Origin: Nitrospirota bacterium
GTDB lineage: Bacteria > Nitrospirota > UBA9217
Direction: 5' to 3'
NCBI GenBank assembly: GCA_963740085.1
Contig: CAVUCU010000004.1
Location: forward strand, 160,001 to 224,000
Length of the DNA stretch: 64,000 bases
Positions within the stretch are counted from its first letter, which is position 1. The number at the start of each line of letters is the position of its first letter. Shown in pieces: positions 28,583 through 36,377 of the stretch. A model generated the notes under the pieces. It saw only the letters and a list, made by a program, of their open reading frames with translations, did no database searches and was not told the DNA's origin. A program made the position numbers and the translations under genes.

Positions 28583-29737
28583 ATGAAAAAATATCTTTTT
28601 GCCGGACTCGGAGCCCTCGTTCTCTGCGTCCTCATCATTGGCGTGTGGACCATGCGGGTCCTCTCCAACCTTCCGGATGTTTCCACCCTGAAACACTACC
28701 GCCCGGCTGCCGCTGCCGAGGTCCTTGATAAGGACGGCAACTTCCTGACCCTTTACTATGACCGCAAGTTCCGGATATGGGTCCCTATATCCGGCCTCCC
28801 CGATGTTGTTATCAATGCAGTCGTGATCGCCGAGGACGATACATTTTTTGAACATCATGGCGTGAATTACAAGGCAACGCGTGACGCCATGCTGCATGAC
28901 GTGCAGAAGCGCAGATTCTCGCGTGGCGGCAGCACGATCACGCAGCAGATGATCAAGAATGTGTTGCTCTCCAAGGAAAAGACGCTGACCCGCAAACTGC
29001 GGGAATATGTCCTCGCCAGGAAGGCGGAGGAAATCCTGACCAAACACCGGATCCTCGAGATCTACCTGAATGAGGTCGAGTGGGGAGAGAATATTTACGG
29101 GATCGAGGCCGCGAGCCGTTTTTACCTCGACAAGCATGCATCTGAACTCACCCCGGCGGAAGCCGCTCTTCTCGCCGGTATGCTCCCGAACCCCCGCTAT
29201 TATAATCCTTACAAGAGGCCGGAGAAGGCCAGGCGCCGGCAGGAACGCGTGCTGTTCAACATGCAGCAGGCAAAGGTCATCACCCAGGATGAATACGCCG
29301 CCGCGCTTCAAGAACCGCTGAAGCTGCGGCAGGAAGGCACGAACAGGAGTGACCTCTCCGCGTTTACCGCGGAGAATAATAGCCCGTGCTATCATCCGGC
29401 GCTGGAGCAGGTGCTCGTTTCCCTGATCGGAGAACAGGATCTCTACCACCGGGGGGGGACCATCCGAACGACGCTTGAGAAATCCCTGCAGAACGAACTC
29501 AATAGTCCGGAAGAGTTGATGCAGGACCGGACGGGCGAGCAATCCGGCAGTATTCCCGTTGTAACGCAGGGAAACAAGATCAGGGCGATCATTTGCGGCG
29601 AGGGAAGGGAAGCTGAAGTCCGATCAAAGCTTGAATCTCTCGGCATTCCCTACCTTGGTTATGATGTAGGCGTGATAGCTGCCGATGCGATCCAACGGGA
29701 GCAGATCATCGATGCCGTGGACGGCGGCAAGAAGTGA
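28583..29737 (+). CDS. peptidoglycan glycosyltransferase (GT51) domain protein without a transpeptidase domain
   Basis: EDDTFFEHHG, GGSTITQQ, RKLRE, ILEIYLN, YGIEAAS; no recognisable transpeptidase domain. Confidence 0.88.
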   Translation: MKKYLFAGLGALVLCVLIIGVWTMRVLSNLPDVSTLKHYRPAAAAEVLDKDGNFLTLYYDRKFRIWVPISGLPDVVINAVVIAEDDTFFEHHGVNYKATRDAMLHDVQKRRFSRGGSTITQQMIKNVLLSKEKTLTRKLREYVLARKAEEILTKHRILEIYLNEVEWGENIYGIEAASRFYLDKHASELTPAEAALLAGMLPNPRYYNPYKRPEKARRRQERVLFNMQQAKVITQDEYAAALQEPLKLRQEGTNRSDLSAFTAENNSPCYHPALEQVLVSLIGEQDLYHRGGTIRTTLEKSLQNELNSPEELMQDRTGEQSGSIPVVTQGNKIRAIICGEGREAEVRSKLESLGIPYLGYDVGVIAADAIQREQIIDAVDGGKK

Positions 29738-29864
29738 TCCCCAGGGTCGAAAGCTTCGTGAGTTCGTGAAAATAAGAAAAATAAAGTTGGCTTTTTATCC
29801 ACAGCGAAAGTTACTAAAGGTGATTAATAACAATTTGAGATGATATGCTGCCCGGAAATAGTAT

Positions 29865-29893
29865 TTGACAGTGGTGAAACCTGGTGCTATACA
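29865..29893 (+). promoter_or_regulatory. sigma70-type promoter
   Basis: TTGACA-N17-TATACA upstream of the CBS gene. Confidence 0.6.
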
Positions 29894-30036
29894 TCAATTA
29901 AGTGGCGAAACGCAATACCTGCAAGGCTGAACTTTTTGTGAGGAAGGCGCGGATGCAGGGTCGTTCGGCGGACAAAGATCTTCTGGTGCGCGGGGTTCTT
30001 TAATTTTGACCACAATAGCGGAAGGAGGTAATACCT

Positions 30037-30489
30037 ATGAATACTTCTATCACGGTCGGACAGGTGTTGAGGGCAAAGGGGTACGGTTACCACGCGATCG
30101 CGCCGGATGCAACGGCATACAGTGCATTGGAACTCATGGCGGACAAGAACATAGGCGCCCTGATGGTAATGGAGAATGAGAAACTGGTTGGCGTGTTTTC
30201 GGAGCGGGATTATGCCCGCAAGGTGATCCTGAAGGGAAAGGCTTCGAAGAGCACTACCGTGCGTGAGATTATGACCGGTTCACCGATCACCATAAGACCT
30301 TCAATGACCCTGTGGGAAAGCATGGTGCTGATGTCTCAGAATCATATCCGCCATCTGCCGGTCGTGGACAATGACATACTTCTCGGAGTCCTGAGCAACC
30401 GCGATGTGGTAAACAAGCTCATTTCGGATTATGAGTCGACGATTGAAAAACTCGAGAACTATATTTCCGGCACTGAATATACGGCCTAG
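30037..30489 (+). CDS. CBS domain pair protein
   Basis: NIGALMV, GVFSERDYARKV, HIRHLPV; GGAGG SD. Confidence 0.92.
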   Translation: MNTSITVGQVLRAKGYGYHAIAPDATAYSALELMADKNIGALMVMENEKLVGVFSERDYARKVILKGKASKSTTVREIMTGSPITIRPSMTLWESMVLMSQNHIRHLPVVDNDILLGVLSNRDVVNKLISDYESTIEKLENYISGTEYTA

Positions 30490-30747
30490 AAGAGGTGGGC
30501 TTTTTTACACTGTTCCGCATCCTCCGCATCGGATCCGGTTTTTTGCTCATGAAAGATGAATCGTCAATAAACCAGCGTTCACCAGTGAAAAAATGAAAAT
30601 AACCCCCATCACCCACTGAAAGATCACCCCCACTTTTGAATTCCTCATACATAAGAGCAGACACTCATCTTGCCGTAGCGTGAGAATGCATGATAATCGA
30701 GGAGCTTTAATGTAAGACCTGTTCGGGTGGGAAATCGAGCTGTTGTC

Positions 30748-32094
30748 TTACGGCTTTTTGCCGTCCACGCTTTGCGGCGGAGAGACGGTGTCGAGGAGGC
30801 GGAGGAACGAGTCACGCGTAGTTTCGCTGTTCAGAATGCCGACGTGCGTCTCGTTGATCCCGATGACCCTGGTGGCGCTTGTCTGCACAGAGGGGAGCAA
30901 CTGGGAACGGAGCGTGACCGAACCATCGCTGCTTTCTCCATTCTTGAAATTTGAATCATCGTTGAAGGAAAAGTAGAGATAGAAGGGCAGTTTTTTCGGG
31001 AACGGCCTGCTGACAAGATCAGTAAGAAATGCACTCGGCGCCCCGATGTCACGCCATGACGGCACCACGACCGGCGCGTTGTCTATCCACTTCTTTGCAG
31101 CCTCATCACCGCCATAGGGAGTTGAGAACGAACAGAACAGTTTGAGGGAAGCAGGAAATGCCTCTTCTGAGAGCTTGTTGATCGCAGACATCGACACAAG
31201 ACCGCCCATGCTGTGGGCCGCCAGCACGATCCTCGGGCCGCCGTTCTTCGACGTCTTGTCGATCATTTCTATCAATTGCGCCAGCACGGTCCCGAGCTTG
31301 TCCAGCGGCAGGCCTGAGGGATAATAAAAGAAAAAAGGCTGGAAACGGCTGCGGTCCAGCCCGTCAGCAAGGTACTTCCAGTCCCTTGGGGTACCCGAGA
31401 TGCCATGGACAAACAGGACCATGGTCTTCTCTTCATTGAAATCCTCGAGTCCGAAAATGAACCCCTGGGTATGGGCTATCAGTTCCGATGGATTATAGAG
31501 GCCCATGGTGCCGTATTTCGGATCAAAGAACTCGTCGTCGAGGGATCTATAGACGTAACCGGTCGGCCGCACTGTTTCACTGAGGTTAAAATCAACCTTT
31601 CCCGGATGATCGAAATCCACGGTGATCGACGGACCCTCCACGACAACCCCGCCTTTGGAATGTTCGGGGCCGATGGTCACCTTTGTTTCGCCGATCATTT
31701 CATTCCGCTCGAAGTCTCCGTTCCCGTCCAGATCCGCAAAAACAAAAAGCTCATAATTCCCCTTGGGGAGGAAGGCCATATAAGCATCCACCGACGTCTT
31801 CTGAATCTGCACCAGAGCGACTTTTTCGTTCGTCTGATATTTATTGCTCACGGCCACGAGCAGCAACGGATCCTGTCGTTTCTGCAGTCTGACGATCCGG
31901 CCTGAGAGGAACAGAGAATCCTCAGGCGCAAGTTGATTCAGCGTCGACATGCTCGGCAGGTACTCGAAGGTCTGGCGCAAGTGGGCTTTGCGCATGTAAT
32001 AGTTGCCGTAGCTGCAGCCGGAAATGGCCAGGAGACAGGATGCGAGGATGAGGATAAGTCGATGGAGCGCGGAGCTGAGACCATGATGAGACAT
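30748..32094 (-). CDS. alpha/beta-hydrolase-fold lipoprotein
   Basis: Lipobox ISGC; LFVHGISG, AHSMGG nucleophile elbow, SDGSV, late His. Confidence 0.82.
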   Translation of the reverse strand: MSHHGLSSALHRLILILASCLLAISGCSYGNYYMRKAHLRQTFEYLPSMSTLNQLAPEDSLFLSGRIVRLQKRQDPLLLVAVSNKYQTNEKVALVQIQKTSVDAYMAFLPKGNYELFVFADLDGNGDFERNEMIGETKVTIGPEHSKGGVVVEGPSITVDFDHPGKVDFNLSETVRPTGYVYRSLDDEFFDPKYGTMGLYNPSELIAHTQGFIFGLEDFNEEKTMVLFVHGISGTPRDWKYLADGLDRSRFQPFFFYYPSGLPLDKLGTVLAQLIEMIDKTSKNGGPRIVLAAHSMGGLVSMSAINKLSEEAFPASLKLFCSFSTPYGGDEAAKKWIDNAPVVVPSWRDIGAPSAFLTDLVSRPFPKKLPFYLYFSFNDDSNFKNGESSDGSVTLRSQLLPSVQTSATRVIGINETHVGILNSETTRDSFLRLLDTVSPPQSVDGKKP

Positions 32095-32129
32095 CTCGGG
32101 TTACGATCTCCTTTGCAAGAGTCGGTTTG

Positions 32130-33386
32130 TCACCGTCTGCCTCTCGACTGGGAACGGCGCTGACCGGAGGGGCGAGAGGACGTCTGACGGACCTGACGGG
32201 CCTTGTCTGCAGTGAGTTTTTCTTCTGCCGTTCTTCTGATCTCCCGGACGTACATGCTGTCTGCCGCCCAATCCACCGGGATCTTCTGCCCGATAAACTG
32301 CTCGATCTCTTCAAGAGAATACACGTATTCTTCGTCCGCGAGGCTGACCGCCTTGCCGTTCAAACCGGCGCGGCCTGTGCGGCCGATGCGATGCACATAG
32401 TCCTCGGCATCCTGGGGGAGATCGTAGTTGATCACGTGGGTCACGCTTTCGACGTGGATGCCCCGGCTCGCCACATCAGTGGCCACGAGGATGGGGAGCT
32501 TGCCCTCCTTGAAATCCGCCAGTATCCGGAGCCGTTTTTTCTGCTCTATTTCGCCGGTTATCGCCTGTGCCTTCCAGTTGTTACGGTTCAGTCGCTCGAC
32601 AACCATTTCGGCCGCGCGCCGGGTGTTCACGAATATGATCGCGCGGTCCGGCGCCTCCTTCTTGAGGATGCCGAGCAGGAGGGGTATCTTCTCATGCTTT
32701 CCAACGTGGTAAAGTACCTGTTCCACCTGCTCAACCGTGACCTTTTCCGGCGTGATCGAGATCTTTTCAGGAAGGTTCATGTGCTCGTAGGCGAGCTCCA
32801 TTACGCGGTAGGAGAGCGTGGCGGAGAAGAGCATGGATTGCCGCTTGGTGTAGGGCTGCATCTTCTTGATGATAAAACGCAGATCGTCGATGAACCCCAT
32901 GTCGAACATGCGGTCCGCCTCGTCGATGACCAGGTAGCGCGTCTTCTTGAGGCTGTACACATGCTGCTTATAGTAGTCGATGAGCCTGCCAGGCGTTCCG
33001 ACAAGCACGTCGACGCCTTTCCTGAGCGTGTCCATCTGTTTCTGGTAGTCGATGCCGCCGTACACGGCGAGAAGGCGGAAGCCGGTGAATTTTCCGAGCC
33101 GTGCGGCTTCATGGTAGATCTGGTCGGCGAGCTCGCGCGTGGGTGCGATGATCAATGCCTGGGGAGAGTCCGCAAGGTCCACTGCGGGATTTTTGATCAT
33201 GCGGGAAAAAAGCGAGATGAGAAAGGCCGCGGTCTTTCCCGTGCCGGTTTGCGCCTGAGCAGCAACGTCTTCTCCGCGCAGAGCCCGCGGGATCACCGCT
33301 TCCTGTACCGGTGTGCATATGGTAAATCCTATATGCTCGATCCCTTGTTTAACTTCATAGGGTACGTCCAATTCGTTAAAGTTCAT
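32130..33386 (-). CDS. DEAD-box RNA helicase (RhlB-like)
   Basis: AQTGTGKT, PTRELA, DEAD, SAT, HRIGRTGR. Confidence 0.95.
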   Translation of the reverse strand: MNFNELDVPYEVKQGIEHIGFTICTPVQEAVIPRALRGEDVAAQAQTGTGKTAAFLISLFSRMIKNPAVDLADSPQALIIAPTRELADQIYHEAARLGKFTGFRLLAVYGGIDYQKQMDTLRKGVDVLVGTPGRLIDYYKQHVYSLKKTRYLVIDEADRMFDMGFIDDLRFIIKKMQPYTKRQSMLFSATLSYRVMELAYEHMNLPEKISITPEKVTVEQVEQVLYHVGKHEKIPLLLGILKKEAPDRAIIFVNTRRAAEMVVERLNRNNWKAQAITGEIEQKKRLRILADFKEGKLPILVATDVASRGIHVESVTHVINYDLPQDAEDYVHRIGRTGRAGLNGKAVSLADEEYVYSLEEIEQFIGQKIPVDWAADSMYVREIRRTAEEKLTADKARQVRQTSSRPSGQRRSQSRGRR

Positions 33387-33865
33387 GCATCTCCCATCTC
33401 GGTCGCGGACATTTTGTCAACGAATTATCCCATGCAGTATACCATAAACAGCGTCACGAGAGAAAGGGAAATTATGAAAGATCCTCATCATGAGCTTCTC
33501 ACTGTTTAACCGGATGGACTTATTGACGGCATTCCTTTTTCGAAAAACAGGTCACCGGATGATCGAGGATTTCGTTACTCCTGTATCCTTGCGAGGGACG
33601 ACACGGCATATTGCGGTCACCGTGAAGAAGAAGAGCGGTTGTTTACGCGGTAAATATCCTTAAGGAATCAAGATTGGGATCGTGAAACGTTTTTTTTCTC
33701 CGTCTCGTGATATTTTTCAGCGCAGAGTCTGCGCTGAATGCAAAACCATTTAAAATGGTATTTTAGCCGTTTATACTAGTTAATATGGTGTTAATATTTT
33801 ATATGTGGATTTAACTGTTGATAAATTGTCTAACATACGGAAACATAATTTCTTTTATTTTCTTG

Positions 33866-33900
33866 TTGACAAAACATACACTCTTATAGTATATTTTGTC
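33866..33900 (+). promoter_or_regulatory. sigma70 promoter overlapped by a palindromic operator
   Basis: TTGACA at 33866, TATATT at 33890; GACAAAACATAC-N9-GTATATTTTGTC (11/12 inverted). Confidence 0.7.
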
Positions 33901-33917
33901 TACGAGGTGAATAAAAC

Positions 33918-34484
33918 GTGCTGACAAAACTCTTCTCTTCGACCAGAGCGGAGCTTTTAGGCCTGTTCTTTAATAATCCTGATGATCGCTTCTATTTGAG
34001 AGAGATAGCGCGCCATATCGGAAAAGATGCGGCGGGGATTAAACGGGAGCTCGACAAGCTGGTAAAAATAGGGCTTCTGGCAATAGAGAAACGAGGCGTT
34101 CAGAAGTACTATTTCGCAAATAAGAACTCTCCAATCTTCTCGGAGATGAAAGGGCTGATCTTTAAAACCACGGGAGTGCAGGGTGCCATGAAGACCTCGC
34201 TTTCCCGACTGAAAGGGGTCAAGACGGCATTTATCTACGGGTCCTATGCCAAGGGGGCTGAAAAAGAGGACAGCAACATTAACCTCATGGTTGTCGGCCA
34301 GGCGAACATCACGGAACTAAACGATATGGTCATGGGTCTTGAGGAGAAGTTGAAACGGGACATTGATTACCTTGTCTTCGATGAACAGGAATATAAAAAG
34401 CGCAAGGAGTTAAGGGATCCCTTTATTCGGGAATTATTGAAGGGTAAAAAGATTTTCCTGATAGGTAAGGAAGATGAACTATAA
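33918..34484 (+). CDS. winged-HTH plus minimal nucleotidyltransferase-fold protein, catalytic DxD replaced by NxN
   Basis: FYLREIAR...IKRELDKL HTH; AFIYGSYAKG...DSNINLMVVG. Confidence 0.85.
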   Translation: MLTKLFSSTRAELLGLFFNNPDDRFYLREIARHIGKDAAGIKRELDKLVKIGLLAIEKRGVQKYYFANKNSPIFSEMKGLIFKTTGVQGAMKTSLSRLKGVKTAFIYGSYAKGAEKEDSNINLMVVGQANITELNDMVMGLEEKLKRDIDYLVFDEQEYKKRKELRDPFIRELLKGKKIFLIGKEDEL

Positions 34485-34959
34485 AGAGCTCAAAGAAATG
34501 GGGATTGTCGAGGAGCGTACCGCTGATATCGCCGAGGTCATCGCCCTGGTGACAAGGGCGGAACGGGACCTGGCAACGAGCAGGGTCTTGTATGATAAAG
34601 ATGAAGAGTGGGCTTTTGCGGCCGCTTACCAGGCCATGGCCCGTTCAGGAAAGGCGCTTATCCTGTCTGAGGGATTGAGAACCAGGGGTGTCCGCGGCAG
34701 GGATGCTCAAAAGACCGTGGTGACGGCAGCGGGCGTCATCCTGGGCGAACAGTACAAGAGTCTGATCAATAAATTCGACCGAATGAGAAGGAAGTATCAG
34801 AGCTTTGTCGAGGATGCCGGCAGGATCATCTCACGATACGAGGCGGGGCAGGCGATCAAGGACGCAGAAGAATTTATTGCCCTCGTGAACGGACGGATCC
34901 GCGAGAAGTATTCACAGATGTCACTGCTGAATGATGTTCCTCAGCTTGTTTCAAGATAA
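34474..34959 (+). CDS. HEPN-fold protein lacking the RNase motif
   Basis: AERDL...WAFAAAYQAM...FDRMRRK...AIKDAEEFI helical pattern; overlaps the upstream gene by 11 nt. Confidence 0.8.
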   Translation: MNYKELKEMGIVEERTADIAEVIALVTRAERDLATSRVLYDKDEEWAFAAAYQAMARSGKALILSEGLRTRGVRGRDAQKTVVTAAGVILGEQYKSLINKFDRMRRKYQSFVEDAGRIISRYEAGQAIKDAEEFIALVNGRIREKYSQMSLLNDVPQLVSR

Positions 34960-35007
34960 GGCCGCTTGGGTCAAAAACGCGGTATGCCGAAAGGGGGTGG
35001 GCAAATA

Positions 35008-35073
35008 ATGGCAGCTAAGAAGAAAGCAGCTAAGAAGAAAGCGACCAAGAAGAAAGCAACCAAGAAGAAGTAG
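35008..35073 (+). CDS. 21-aa Lys/Ala-rich micropeptide MAAKKKAAKKKATKKKATKKK
   Basis: GAAAGGGGGTG SD; ATG...TAG; four 15-nt units with third-position variation. Confidence 0.75.
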   Translation: MAAKKKAAKKKATKKKATKKK

Positions 35074-35221
35074 CTTTTTTTGAAGTCCCTGGAGTGGGAC
35101 TGCCGGGGGCATGAATGCCCCCGGCGTATTTACTGCAAGCGATTGTGCTGCCGGCATGTCCGGCCTCATGCATCTTTTTATAATGGGTCGATTTCCTGCG
35201 AGTGAAAGGGGGTGAAAATCC

Positions 35222-35281
35222 ATGGCTGCAAAGAAGAAGGCCCCGGCAAAGAAGGCGAAAAAGACGACCAAAAAGAAATAA
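35222..35281 (+). CDS. 19-aa Lys/Ala-rich micropeptide MAAKKKAPAKKAKKTTKKK
   Basis: Same GAAAGGGGGTG SD; same MAAKKKA start written with different synonymous codons. Confidence 0.75.
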   Translation: MAAKKKAPAKKAKKTTKKK

Positions 35282-35324
35282 GGTGATAGATGGAGATTCA
35301 TTATTATTAATGATTGAAACTCTG

Positions 35325-35355
35325 CCACGAAGAAAATCTTCGTGGTTTTGTTTTT
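35325..35355 (+). terminator. intrinsic terminator
   Basis: CCACGAAGA-AAA-TCTTCGTGG followed by TTTTGTTTTT. Confidence 0.8.
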
Positions 35356-35893
35356 CCACAAGAAGACGAGCATGTTTTCCTTTATTAAAACAGATGCAAT
35401 ATATACTGACACTGTTCTGTCCCTCACCCCCTCGTCATTGCGGCTCGACTGAGCGAGTCGAAATCTCAATGCAGCGTTATTCTCTCCCCGGTGGCGAGAG
35501 GGGAATTCCGCAGGAACGCAGCAATTATTGCTGATCTCATTAAAAGTCATGATCGAGCGCCGGGACACGGAGAATGCCCTTTGAAACAATATGGATTTTT
35601 TCTGCGCCCTCCGGGCCTCTGCGGTAAAATTTGACTCATTGCGAATGGAGCCGTTATTCTTTTTTCTATTATTTCCTTTGTAATAGGTCCGGGATGGGCG
35701 CATCGGCCGGGGATGAAACTAAGAGGGACATTTACACATGGAAGCCCCGGATTTATCATGGGATAAAAACGGATGAAAAAAGAGTCAATATTCGTTATAA
35801 TCCGTCAGCCAAAGGGTAAACTGCATTCCCGGAATAAAGACGACCTTATCCGGGTCTTCTCTGCGTTAATCCGCGGCAATTTCTTTTTAACTC

Positions 35894-36232
35894 ATGACGG
35901 TATCAATGCGTAAACGCAACTATTTAAAGACAGAGCGGAGTTCCCGGAGAGCCCGTTGGAAAGCGCCCCTTATTGCCGCAGGCGTTCTCCTCGTGCTCTA
36001 CTTTCTGGTCACGCGCGTCATGGGTGAGATGGGAGTGGTAAAATACTATCGGATGAAGGCTCAATACACCGCACTGACGAATGATATCGCCAAACTCAAG
36101 CAGGACAACGGCAAACTCAGGAAGGAAGTCTTCTCTCTCAAAAGCGATTCCGCCTATCTCGAAAGGGTGGCCCGTGATAAACTGGGGCTTGCGCGTCCGG
36201 GAGAGATAGTGTACTATTACGGTGAACCGTGA
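35894..36232 (+). CDS. ftsB: septum formation initiator (FtsB/DivIC family)
   Basis: TM helix, coiled coil, YLERVARDKLGLARPGE. Confidence 0.85.
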   Translation: MTVSMRKRNYLKTERSSRRARWKAPLIAAGVLLVLYFLVTRVMGEMGVVKYYRMKAQYTALTNDIAKLKQDNGKLRKEVFSLKSDSAYLERVARDKLGLARPGEIVYYYGEP

Positions 36233-36377
36233 GAGTTGCAAATCCGAATTTCTCATCCCCAAAATTCCAACCGCAGGACCGGAATTCAAATGATGAAATC
36301 TGTTTTCTGCCCGGTTCGTCGGGATGTTGAACGCTGGGAACCTTGGACTACTCATTTGACTTCGTCTGTATGTATCT

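Noticed and set aside
29894-30030. Riboswitch in the CBS-gene leader
   Set aside because: GGCGAAAC is only loosely GEMM-like and the second conserved stem is not evident.
32127-33509. 460-aa plus-strand ORF and other long antisense ORFs (7134..8306, 11590..12819, 15024..16181, 28469..29542, 53708..54889)
   Set aside because: Shadow frames of well-supported genes in GC-rich DNA; no motifs of their own.
35290-35310. Third sORF MEIHYY after an AGGTGA SD-like sequence
   Set aside because: Only six codons; cannot be told from chance without translation data.
34951-35703. 250-aa minus-strand ORF with Phe/Leu-rich stretches
   Set aside because: The hydrophobic runs are the antisense reading of the Lys-rich micropeptides; SDs and terminator support the plus strand.
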